Shown piece by piece: positions 45,104 to 56,878 of a stretch of 64,000 nt of DNA; position 1 is the stretch's first letter, and every line of letters begins with the position of its first letter. The DNA is from Flectonema sp. DT1601. Its lineage: Eukaryota. Location of the stretch: assembly GCA_964019425.1 (NCBI GenBank), contig OZ025786.1:1-64000 (forward strand), read 5' to 3'. Under the pieces are notes generated by a model, which searched no databases, was not told the origin of the DNA, and was given only the letters and a program-made list of their open reading frames with translations. A program made the translations under genes and the position numbers.

Positions 45104-47182
45104 TCAGCTACTACTGCTGTCACTAATTCTGGGGTGAGGGCGTTCAAATCCTTTAACACTTGGATCGGTCCATCCCTTGCGGACAGAGTCACCAGCCAAA
45201 CGAGCGTTCTTCAATTCAGGAACATTGAAACTGTCTTTCTTATAGGGAAGAACATAGATGACAACGTGTTTCATTGTGGTGTATGTTTCCTCGACATTTT
45301 TCAGAAGTTTTGTAATGTCCCCGTGATGGAAGTCTAGTGAGTCGTGACCACTATCAGAAACAGTTGTCTGCAGCATGAATAGATCTGCATTCTGTTTGCC
45401 AGATTTTGATTTTCCATTGACTTTCTTAATGCAGAAGAAGTCCAATCCATGGAAGTTCGCTTTTGTTGGTTTGTATAGGATGTCATTGGTGGGTTCATCA
45501 TCAAAGGTGTAGCTTGAACCTGGCAAGCTTTCGAGTACTTTTACCTGACTGCTAACTTCATACTTAACTACCATCTCAGATTCTTTTTTTATAAAATCAC
45601 GGTAAAACATTGCCTCAAAGAAGCGTCCCTTTGTCCCCTGATCAGTGAGACCCGTGACATAGGTTGCGATATTGTCTCGTTCATGCTGCACAGCATTGGC
45701 TACACACATTTTAAAGACCATGTCGCTGATAAACGTACAACCCTCAGACTCGTCGAGTGCAACAAGCCTATGAACAAACTTAGTGGTTGTTGATGGAAGT
45801 TTCCCAGTCAGAACATTTTCGATAAATCCGATTGTAGCATCTTTCATTGCTTCATTAATTTTGCAGAGTGCATCTTGCTTTTTAAATGAAAGAAGTCGAA
45901 GAACCCCACCAAAGTCCTCAAACTTCGTTCTTAGCTCTTCCTTCTTTTTTTCTTCAGTTGTTGCCTCCAGCTCAAAGGTATCAAGGGGAAGCTTTAATAT
46001 TTCATCATATTGCCACAGAGGTAAGCATGAACCTTGCTCACTATTCACCTTCATGACCTCACTTCCACCTTGGAATCGTGAGGGTGAACCAGCAAGAATG
46101 AGCAATTCCATTCCTTGGAGTTGCTTATCAGGTATGGGTAATCTCTCCGGCATTTCAAACACACCGAATCTTCCTTTTGATGGTCCACAAAATACATCCC
46201 CATCATAGTCTACACAACTGATAGTGAATTGATTTTCAATTCTTGTAATCTCGTAAACCTTCTGAACACCATCAGAAAAGAGAATGGTTTTGAATTCCGA
46301 GAATACTTTCTCCCGCACCCACTGTAACAGTATCCAGAACCGGAAGGCTGTTTTGCCAATGCCCGGGGTGCCAGTGATTTTGTACACTGGAACAGTGTTA
46401 GTTTTCTCCTCCAAATCCTCTTTTATCTTCGTCCAAGCCTTAACATAGCACTCGCGTTGCAGCAGAAATTTAGCCTCCTTCCACACAAGCTCGCCAACAT
46501 CATCTTTGACCTCTAGTGTTGTTAGTCCGTTAGCATCTGTAGATGAATTTGCCATTGCATCCAATAGTTTTTTCATGTTGCTTACACCATATTCAAGTTT
46601 CTGTCTTTTAGTGCCATCCTCGCGTTCGTTGTCGTTGTGTGTTTTCTGTGTTGGTTTGTGAAGACAAGTCTCTCTGAGTCTAACTGTAACAGTAACTTCA
46701 ACTGCAAAAAAACAATCATTCAGAAGCATATCGGTGGTTGAACAATAAGTGACAAAGGGGACAGATCGCCCCTTGTCCGGTAATCAGTAACGCTCGACTG
46801 CAAGAGAACAAATCAATCTGAAGGGCTGTCAGTGACCAATACAAAAAAAGGACGGGACCCGTTCAGACAGGTGACCCCGAAATGCGTTAAACAAAAGTAA
46901 AAGGTATACCTCAGAAGATTTCTTCAACAAGTCAATATAGCTTTTCTCATTCTCCTTCAGTTCCGCTAAGTTCGTGTTCAAGTTGTCGTAATCTTCCTTC
47001 TGGATTGTTTCTTTAGATGTTAGGTCGGTGTTCTCCAGTATTTTTATCCTAATGTTGCGAATGCCATCGAGTTCCCCTAATTCTTTTTCGATCGTTTTAA
47101 TCTTCGTTCTCGTCTCCCTCAAGTACGTTATGATTTCGTCATTCTGTGTAGCAACTGGGACTTCATTTGGTGTAGATGTCAT
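45104..47182 (-). CDS. Crinkler/RHS-like protein: coiled-coil header (47182-46910), probable intron, P-loop NTPase and PD-(D/E)xK-like nuclease
   Basis: Walker A ITGTPGIGKT, FGGVLR, GRFFE, YKPTKANFHGLDFF...LQTTVS..H. Exon joining is uncertain and it may be a pseudogene. Confidence 0.75.
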
Positions 47183-47285
47183 TGGATTTTTGGGGGGTGG
47201 GGTGTTGTCTGTGGGGAAATAAATTACTAAAACTGTATTAAAAATCGACTAATCGGTGGATACTATATTTGAGTTTGAAATGTGT

Positions 47286-47334
47286 GTCCCGCTCTCCAGG
47301 GTCCCGCTCTCCAGGGTCCCGCTCTCCAGGGTCC
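47286..47334 (+). repeat. 15-bp tandem repeat GTCCCGCTCTCCAGG x3
   Basis: Read directly. Confidence 0.9.
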
Positions 47335-47722
47335 TGTATCATATATTGTTGTGGTATAAAAACTGCAATCTTAAAAAACCTGGTGAATTCATAAATTCCT
47401 ATTCCTTCACTAAACAGAATTCCAAGGAGTGAACTATGTTTTCCGACATAAACCAGACTAAACTTCTTACCAAATGTGTCACCATCACTTTTGATGTCCC
47501 TTTTTCAGGGATGAAATAGAAAATTAGTGAAAAATAGAGTCGAGGCCAGAAGGTAAAAATAGAAAATAAAGTCGAGACCAAAGGACAAAACAGAACAATA
47601 GTGTCGAGGCTAAAGACACCTCATCGCCCCATCGATCAGATGTTTCCTGTCAATCATAAGTGTGGCCCGTGTAAAGTGAAATACATGTGAATTAATTGTC
47701 AGTATCTGAGATTCTAATTTAA

Positions 47723-49282
47723 CCCATTATGGACGGGGGTAAACCGGCTTTTTGACTTTTTTTGAAAAAAGAGCAAACGGGGAAAAGGGGTAGGGGGGGC
47801 TCGGAAAGGTGATGTGACAAAGTGAACCGCCATTGCCTGCCGGTTAAAAATACACACACATTCACCACCTAAAGGGTGAACAGAATAAAAGAAAACACCA
47901 CCAAAGACAAAAATAAGCTCAGTTCTTATGACTCCTTGCGCCTCTTCAATTTTGATGTTGTTGCGGGTGCAGAGGTCTTCCTCTCAATACAATCTTCCCA
48001 GATAGCACCTCCCGACACAGAGGTGGTGGTATGGGATGCAAATGCCCTCCCCTTTGTAAGGTTGAAGTGGCATTTGCCAAAACAGGGTATAGGACACATA
48101 AAAACCTTACACCCTGGGCATCCATAAATAGTCCTCACTCGAGTTTTGTGATACTTACATTGTCTAGCAGCACCAAGTGTGGCTGGATAGTGCCCAGTGG
48201 TGTTGAATATGCATGGGAAGTGCGAATCTGAGTCAATAGTAGATGTGGTATTGGTTGTCTTGTCTCTCGATGTCCCGTCACTGACGAGTTGCATAGCGAG
48301 CCCCTCTACAAACCATAGTATCCTTACCGCATTTCTTTTGAAACTTTCAGCAAGTAGTCGAAAACCTTTAGATGCCATCGTTTAGTTCGAAGGTTTCTGT
48401 TCGCCCTTGCCTTCACACTATCCATCAGGTCAACACCTCCCATCGTCTTGTTGTACCTGTCTACCTGCACCGGTAGTTTGATCGGCACTTTTACTTTTTT
48501 ATTTTTCTTCTTAACCCGCGAAGTACATCGACATACTGCTCACTTAAGGGAGAGTACTGAAAAGATGCACATCCTTTGAGCCCCTCCACTTTATATGGTG
48601 GATGCCGTGTTGTGACTGAAGGTAAGAAGCAGTAAAATTCTTCGGTCTTTCTTTCACGTCCTCTTTGCTCAGTCGCCCAGGGTCCAGGGTAGCCTTCGGT
48701 TTTGTAACATCAGGAACTCCCTTTCTGTTCCGTCGGACTGTTCCAACACAGTGGAACCCTTTCATCAACATCGAAACAAAGAGTGTGTATGACGAATAAA
48801 AATTGCCAAACGCCACCCAATGTCCTCTTGTTCTTATAAGGTTTAACAAGACTATGAACATAAGAAGCAGGACTGCGTTTGTTAGCAGTGTGGAAAATTA
48901 CATTCAATATGTAGCCTGCCGCTGACCCCGCAAGCACATACAGCTTCATTCTGTATCTGCTACGCTTTCTGGGTTCGTAGACTCTCAATGTTTTGCTTGT
49001 AACTGAAGAACCATTAAAATGTGCAATCTCAGAAAGCATTTCAGTTCACCAACTTCTAGTGACTTCAGAGACTTCTTTTTGTCAATCGAGTAGGCAAGGG
49101 TGTGTCGAATAATCATTTTTAGCAAGTGGTAAAAAATTGATTATTAGTTTTAAATTTCATGAATGAAAACACAGCAAACCACGCCATCCCACCCAAGATT
49201 CGTCGCGAAACGGCCTATTTTCCCCTTAGCGAAAATAAAATTTCAAAATAACCACTGTAGTGGACCCCCCATCCTTAATGGG
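47723..49282 (-). mobile_element. Internally deleted, non-autonomous piggyBac transposon
   Basis: TTAA at 47719-47722 and 49283-49286; TIRs CCCATTAWGGAYGGGGG. Transposase relics GYILN, NFYSS, GTVRRNR, YNKTMGGVDLMD and a Cys-rich tail. Confidence 0.93.
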
Positions 49283-49407
49283 TTAACTTCAAAAACCTAT
49301 CACAGCTTCTCAACTGAGTCAATGTAACCCAAGTCATCGTAAACTGTTTGCATTGTTGCGTTGGTCAATTAATTAAGTTTTCTTTTCACAAATGCATATA
49401 TATTGAA

Positions 49408-50290
49408 ATGGCGAAACTAACTGACAACCAGCTACACCGTGTAGCAACCACGCGAGGAGACCGCTTGACATTACAAGTTCTTGTTGACAGTGGTCCCCAT
49501 AAGGTTCCACAAAGAGAACTGGATGCACATAGGATCAGGAAGAGCAGGGGCAAGACTGTCCGCATCGATCTGGATGTCAACACAGCTAGGGGCGAGGGTT
49601 TCCTCGGAACTATCCTTGGGGGAATCAAGAAGGTTGCGAGATCAGTTGTGAAACCTGTAGTTAAGACATTGGCCAACAAAGTTATAGATAAAGTACTTGG
49701 GGAGGGCATTATTGTACCCGAGGGTCATCACTCTCGGTCTGGTTTAAAAAAAAGAACATAAAAGCTGAACCACTCTTCGGATATCAAATTGAGGACTACC
49801 TAAAAGAAGTTGACAAACACTCTCTGGGATATTCATGCGGGATGAGATACCCGCTCAGCTTGAAGAGGCTACCTCATCAACCTAGACTCATCTGATCAAA
49901 ACGGTACCCACTGAACTGGACTCATCGTAACACATCCCGATTCAATCTACTTTGACTCATTTGGTATGCCCCCACCTGAAGAACTAAGGATTAAACCACT
50001 GGTGTACAGTACAACTCAGATACAAGACCTCACATCATCGGATACTATGTGATAGACTTCTTCAAAACTGTCCACAATACCGACTCCTACTACAACTTCA
50101 TATTTAATAAATACGGGGGGTCACCTGACGATAATGAAAAAATGATAAGGGGAGCTAGCATACAAGAATGGCTCGTGTCAAAGCTAGGAAACAAGGAACT
50201 GCATCTTCCGGTACTAACGAAGAAGGGGATAGAGAAGGCTTCTTTTGCAGGACCAAACACAAATCTGGAAAAGAGAGTTAAGAACCTTGA
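49408..50290 (+). mobile_element. Polinton/Maverick-like virus fragment: GxGF core-like protein, adenain-type protease relic, PLA2-like start
   Basis: RGEGFLGTILGG (49408-49761); INLDSSDQNGTH*...YFDSFGMPPP...QIQD; ELHLP...FAGPNTNLEKR. Confidence 0.8.
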
Positions 50291-50489
50291 TGTAAACATA
50301 ACCCGCTCGCTCGAGGCACCACAGCTCACTTGTGGTAACGTTTAGGTAAGCAACTGTTTTCTTTCAATGCAGCAGTTTTATTTTGGCCTTGCATTTCATC
50401 ACATAAGCATCCAATCATACAAAGGGAAATTGACCTAAATAATCAATAACTGGGATGACTGAAATGACTTGAAATTTACTCGCATTGGA

Positions 50490-51770
50490 CATCGAACTTA
50501 AAACTTCACCCAGAAAAACTGGTTGGGGGAGATCAATCATGCATACCGACCAATCTATTGGACTTCTTTTTTTGTTTTTTGGGATGCCGAGTGGGTTAAT
50601 TCTGAGAAATTCAGCATAGAAATGGTTTTCATTAAGTAAAGAAACATGGAGACAGTATTTTGTTAAACATTGACACACATACCAATGACCAAAACAAATT
50701 GCGTTCTTCCCTGATCTGTTCTGGGTATCACAAGTCCTCAGCCATGTGACTATTGGGTGACTGAGAAAGGTCCGCCGCATCTCGGTAATTCCATGTATCA
50801 CGAGCATTTTCCATATCTATTGAGTTATTAGCAATGCCGCGAGCTAAATGTGAGTGCAGTATACGTTTATGTGGAGCTGTCGGGATCGTAATTCTTGAAC
50901 CATGCCACTTGGAACCGACAACAATCCATTGAGTGTTATCGGCATCCTTGACATGTTGAAATCCCATCCGAAAGTTGTCAAAATTGTGGTGACAGGTGTT
51001 TTTTTCACCATCAGTACCACACAGCACAAAGGCATTTGCAGCATCCCACTGAAACCCATTTTCCTCCGCGAGTTCCTTATTGAAAATTATGTGGGTGACA
51101 GTAGGTTTTGCAGTAGCTCGCTCCCCACAAACAACGCACTCATTGTTGCACTTATCTTGGATGTCCTTTTTGAAATTATCAGAGAGGTTTGTTGTTGACT
51201 GAGATCCTCCTCGGTTAAATAATTCGGCTTCCGGATATTTCTGTATGTAATAATATTTCGCATAAGCTGGTAGATCTCCAAGGGATACCTGTAGTAATAT
51301 TTAATTTAACTCTCGGCAGGTGTTTTCTGTGTATTGGATTTTAGATGACACCCTTTTGTTAGTTTAGATATTTAAAGAACAAATCAATCCAAAGGGCTGT
51401 CGGTGACCAATACAAAAAAAGGTTGGACCCGATCAGACAGGTTTACCAAAATGCGTTAAAAGAAAAAAGTAAAATGTATACCTCAGTAGCATTCTCTAAC
51501 AAGCCGATGTAACTGCTCTTGTCAGCCTTCAGGTTCTTTAAGTCGGTGTTGAGCTCTTGCAGATAGTTGTCGAGACCACCTCTTTTGGCATCTATCCAAT
51601 TTTTACATCCGTTTTGTTTATCAGTGAGAGCTTTTGCATTGAATTCTGCTTGTTGGATCACAACGATCTCCTTAGTGATCTTCGTTATCGTCTTCCCCAA
51701 GAATAATACTAATTCCGTCTTTCTCTGCATCTATCACAGCAGGCTGAACATCAGATGGTGAGCCGGACAT
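50490..51770 (-). pseudogene. Decayed coiled-coil-header plus HNH nuclease gene (Crinkler-like)
   Basis: Header homologous to 46829-47182 (KSYIDLLKKSSE|V vs SSYIGLLENATE|V). LCGTDG...TCHHNFDNF...HKRILHSHLA. Confidence 0.65.
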
Positions 51771-54700
51771 TGTTTTTGTGTTGTTGTTGTTTTCTTGGGG
51801 GTGAAACTTTGACAATGTAGAAACAGTAACAACTTTAGGTATTAAAGAAAACAAAATTAATATCAAGTACTCGACCGAAAAATATTTGTAGTTGTTAATC
51901 AAAGAAAATTACTCTCCTCCGAATCTCCTCCGAATCCTGACTGTCCAGACTACAATCCGAATCAACCTTTTTTGTTGTTTTTAGTTGCGATATGTTGCGA
52001 TAACATACAACAGTTATGACACGACGCTCACCAGCAATCCAAATCAGCGCCTTGTCAGAATCCCGCTGAAGGAGCTTGTCGCTACGAGTGCAATCCACTC
52101 CACTTGGCTATAATATAGGTTATTTACTTAAATAATCTATGACCGCACCAGACCCCCAGCAGGTTATAAAAAAGAATTATTTCGCTCAATTCGACAGGTG
52201 TTAATATTATATTCCAATGTGTTCCTCTCTCTCTCTCTTATTATCGAGTAGACGATTACCATCTAATGATTACTATTCCTGTAATAATAATTAGTAGATC
52301 AGCAGCATTGCAACAACCAGTCAAGGAAATGAAAGAATGAAATTGTGTGAAGGGAACTGGAAGAGAGGGACACGTGATGTGGCTGCTGGAGAGCACAGAC
52401 GGGGAGTGGGTAAGGAAAAAAAAAAGAAAAATTAAGGAAAAAAAACGGATGATTGGAACTGAGAAGGGCACAAGACGCCCCACATTCCTCAATTTAATTT
52501 TTTTTCATTTTTCTTCTTTGTTTGCTTTTATTTATTTTTATTCATTTTTTTGTTTTTTTGTTAAATTATTGTACGAGAATCAATCAGTGCAGACTGACCA
52601 CAACAGGCAACTAGGTAACTGCTCAAGTTGATTTCCTCACTCTTCGACTTGCACACAAAGAAATTAAAATAGTTTTCTTTGAGAGAGACCTTCACACAGT
52701 AGTTTGGGTGGTGCTGGAGGGGAGAAGAATAGAAAAAGGAAGTGAAGTGGAAATGTGATACGATAAGCAACAATGGAAGCTTGCAGCGGGAGGTGGGAGG
52801 AACAATGCAACAAAAAAAAATACCAAAAAAAAGAAAAAAAAGAGTGGGGGGGGGAAATAATATTGTTGTGGATATTTATATTCAGACCAGTTGGCCCGTT
52901 TCTCCGCGTGACGTGATTCCCAAAAGGTAGGCAATGCAACTAAACAACAGGACTTTCTTGCATGGCTTGAGTCTGCAAGGAACCGCACCCGAGAGTAAAA
53001 AAACACGCGTAATCCAAAAGCTCTTTTTTTTTTTTTTAATTTTTTTTTTTTTTAAAGCTGAATGCCACTACTCCGAAAAGAAATGGGGGATGGGGGAAAA
53101 ATTAAAAAAAATAAAAAGGTAGTGGAGCAACGAAGTTTTTTTTTTTTTTTTTTTTATAAGATTGCTTCTACAACCTCACTCAATTAAGACATGCGACAAC
53201 CTCCTCACCCGAGCAAGTCTTGGACGTGACAACGACGATAGTGTAAATAAGAACGTGTCACGACTCGGCTTCACCCTTCTAATATATAACAAACCAAAAG
53301 GCTGAAGACTTGGGGAACATGCAAATAAATAGAACAATAACGACTCAAAAAAAAGAGGCTAAGGAAAGCTGACAGTTTCCGCGGTGATTCACATAAGCAG
53401 CCCACAGGCATGCTTTGCATGAGTCTATGCGGTAGTTGATTTTATTTATTTTATTTTTTTTCTTCTTTCGTTCATTTCAGGAAAGTGTATCCGCAATTGT
53501 AAACACGAATACTCTCATCCCATGATGTTCTTCTGTTTCCTTTTTATTTTTTTTTTGTTATTTTCTTTTTTTTTTTTTTTGATACGAGTTGCCCATTTTT
53601 TGTGCAATGCAACTAAGGGAATAGGGAAAACAAAAACACGGAAGTAAAGGCTCCAGGGGGGGGTTTTTTTTTCTCTTTAACTGATGAGGGAAATCCCAGC
53701 GCACAAAAGGCGCTGGTTTTTTTTTTTTTTTTTAATTTGTTACTATGAAAGTTAGTTGTATAAATCTAACCAGAATACCATTATTGTTAAGTGCTGCCCA
53801 CCAGGGTCAACCGTTAAGAAAATAAAAACGAAGAAAGTAGCTCCAAGTTGATTATATTTTTTTTTTTTTAATTTTTTTTTTTTTTTTTTTTTTTTGATCA
53901 AACACACAGCAGAAAAAAGAAAAAGCAAAACTTTTTTCTGTATAAAGAGGGAGGGAGAGACTTTGGAAACGGAGGCTACTTTTGTTAACTCTTCTCAACA
54001 CTCAAAAACAACAGCTAATACGAAAGCCAGTTGCCATTTGTGTAACAGAAGATAGGTTAAATAAAGGTACGCTGGGTAGAGGGAGAAAGGGGTGACAACA
54101 TGTGTCGTCAACGGTTAATTATTTGTTTGTTAATAAAAAAAAGTAAAATAAAAATAAAAATAAAAACAACAAAACGTTTTTGACTGACGTTCCAGGACGA
54201 AAAAAGAGGGGAAAAGAAATCAACAACAAAAAAAACTTCTTCTTTTGTGCCAATCAATTCATTCTCAAAAGGAAAAAAAAAAAAAAGAAATGTAGGCATA
54301 GGAGAGGTCCACAGAACTCACAAGGACCTCTATGACATAGAAATCATAACTTGCTGTGCAGGGAAGTAAAGGGAAACAAAACGAGGGTGGGGCAATATTT
54401 CCGCAGCATTTATAAGAATTACAGCTGTCGGATTCACTCCCTCCCTCCATCCCTTCCCTGAATGACAATAAACAACAATCTGCTTTAAAAAAGAAAAAGA
54501 AAAAACAGAACTGGTAATGCAATAAGGAATCAACCTGATGCATCAGGTCTGTTTTAAGAAGACCAGTTTGTACAGATTCATTCTTTTTTATTATTTTTTT
54601 TTTTTTTTCGTTATTGTGGCTAAATTCAAAACACGAGTAAGATTTCTTTATAAATCTAATACAGCGTTCTTTTTATTTTTTTTTTTTTAAAAAATCTATT

Positions 54701-55448
54701 TATTTTTTTTATTTTTTTAAATTTGTTTTTTTTTTTAAAAACGATGCATTTCACCGACAACTGAAGCCGGTTGCAAAACAAGAAAAAAAATGAATTTCTC
54801 TCCGTTACACACAACAAGATTTTTACATGTGGTAGTTTTCTTTCTTTGTTGCTGCAGTTTTTCTTTCTTTTTTTTTTGTTTTTTTCTTGTGATATTGTTC
54901 TTTGATTGTTAAAATAATACCAAACACAGGCAGAAGAAAGCAATATATTCGTTTTTTTTTTGCTGCTGTCCCGCTCACAAAAAAAAAAAAAAAAAAGCAA
55001 AAGGCGTAACAGGTTTGCACTGTGCAAGTCCCAAAAAATGGGATTTCTTTTTTTTTTTTTTTTTATATATTCGGATTTCTTATTCGATTCTTGATTATAC
55101 TCTAACGTCACAGAGTGAGGGGACTTTTGAGAAGGGGAAGAGTCGGGGATAAGGGAACGGGAAAAGGTGAGTGCAAAAAAAAAAAAACCGGGTTGGTGAT
55201 AATGTGTGTGAAGTTTGTTGTTGTGTGCTTTTAGCTTTCAGCTAAGCCAAAAGATTTTAATTTTTTGTACTCCTTTAAGAAAGGGTTTTAGATTTCTTCC
55301 GCGAATAACGAGGTAAAACAGTTGATTACCACAAGGCATATTTCAAGTAGCACACCTGAAACCGCTTCAGTTTCGGAAAACATTCGTCCCATGACACAGG
55401 AGAAACAAAATAAAAAGATGACAATACAATCTCTCACTTGTTAATTAT

Positions 55449-56312
55449 TTAAGCAAACCAATGACAACCAGACCCATCAACATATTGATCCTGGTCACCA
55501 CCAAGTAAAGCTTGCTGCGCGGCCACGTTATTAATCGTGAGGTAATTGCTTAACACGCTACTGGCTGGGAGTCCTGCAAAGCCACCCTGCATTTGTGACA
55601 GAGCGCTCAACTCAATTCCACCAGCGCCAGTTCCGTTAGGAATCAGACTAACACCATTGAGGTTTGGGATCGTTCCGAGAATTGGTTTCGGAGGAGGTTG
55701 TGTTGCAGCACTCTGAGCAATCTTCTGACCCTTCTTCTTCTGTGTGTAAACTTCAAGGTAAGGGTTATGTTCTTCGTTGCGGCGAACTTGTTGATCGCCG
55801 TGGGCGAAGGCGCATCTCTCAGCGAACTGACAATGGATTCCCATCGACCAGTTGCGGCAGACTTTTGTCCGAAACTTTGCGAGATCTACTGCTGGTGCAC
55901 CTTTTGGTCTTTCTAAGACGTCACCAGTGAGTGGATCAAATGAAACAGGTGGGGGGGCTTTGTCTGTTGTGTTAGAACCTGAAGATGAAGATGTTGCTTG
56001 AGGAGGAGTGATATCAGTTATTCTCTGACCAGTTAATAATGGCATTGAACTAATTGATGATGCAGCCTGTCTGCTACCTGTCGATGGTGTTCCTAAAGGA
56101 GTACTACTTGCAGCCACACTTATCTGACCTCCACAAACGGCACTACCAGAACCTCCAATCCGAATCTCATCTCCCCACGACTTCCCACTCCCAACTACTG
56201 CAATGGCTGCTGATGCTGATGCTGGAGGCGCAGCAGGTGTTGGAGCGACAGTCGCAAAGTCCAATTTGAATGGATCACTTCCCGAACCTGCCAGTGGATC
56301 AGGAGCACCATT
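55449..56312 (-). CDS. CCCH zinc-finger RNA-binding protein (5' end uncertain, probably an upstream exon)
   Basis: KFRTKVCRNWSMGIHCQFAERCAFAHG (C-x8-C-x5-C-x3-H). The frame is open to ~56320 without an ATG; candidate acceptor AAACAG at ~56313. Confidence 0.85.
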   Translation of the reverse strand, partial: NGAPDPLAGSGSDPFKLDFATVAPTPAAPPASASAAIAVVGSGKSWGDEIRIGGSGSAVCGGQISVAASSTPLGTPSTGSRQAASSISSMPLLTGQRITDITPPQATSSSSGSNTTDKAPPPVSFDPLTGDVLERPKGAPAVDLAKFRTKVCRNWSMGIHCQFAERCAFAHGDQQVRRNEEHNPYLEVYTQKKKGQKIAQSAATQPPPKPILGTIPNLNGVSLIPNGTGAGGIELSALSQMQGGFAGLPASSVLSNYLTINNVAAQQALLGGDQDQYVDGSGCHWFA

Positions 56313-56878
56313 GCTGTTTGTTATTTATGAAAGTCAGCAATCGATGCGAAGATAACTTTGTATCGCGAAAACGATCAACGATAATAAATAATAAACACAT
56401 ACTCCATCTTCTCCAAGTCCTTTAGAAGTTCGTCCAAGTGTCCGAATGACAAATTGGAAGGTGGTGATGGTGGCGGAACAGCTGAAAAAGGTGACATCGA
56501 AATTTTCTTTCTCGTCTACACTGTTCGAAGAAATATAAATTAGAAAATAATAAAATGAAGAAATCACTCCTCTCAACAACAACAGGCTTTAGAATTAATT
56601 AACAAACACCTCTTCTGTGGTAAGTCTGTTACTTCGAATACGGTTAGGGGTTGGAACTTATTTAAATGGTTTTTTTTTCTCTCTTCCTTTTTATTATTAT
56701 TTGCGAAGGATCTCGATTCGGATATAAAGATGAGGGGGAAAAAAAGAAATAAAACAATAAAATGAATCTTTGGCATTGGCAATGGTGTAAAGAGTACGAG
56801 TTTGAAGGGGAAAAAAGAAAAAAAATTATTTTTGTGTCGAAGACATTTCCAACAAAAAAAAAAAACATCCGACTGATA

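Noticed and set aside
47286..47334. CRISPR-like repeat
   Set aside because: No spacers, eukaryotic context; a simple minisatellite.
52200..55400. Many short F/K-rich ORFs
   Set aside because: Translations of A/T homopolymer-rich intergenic or UTR sequence.
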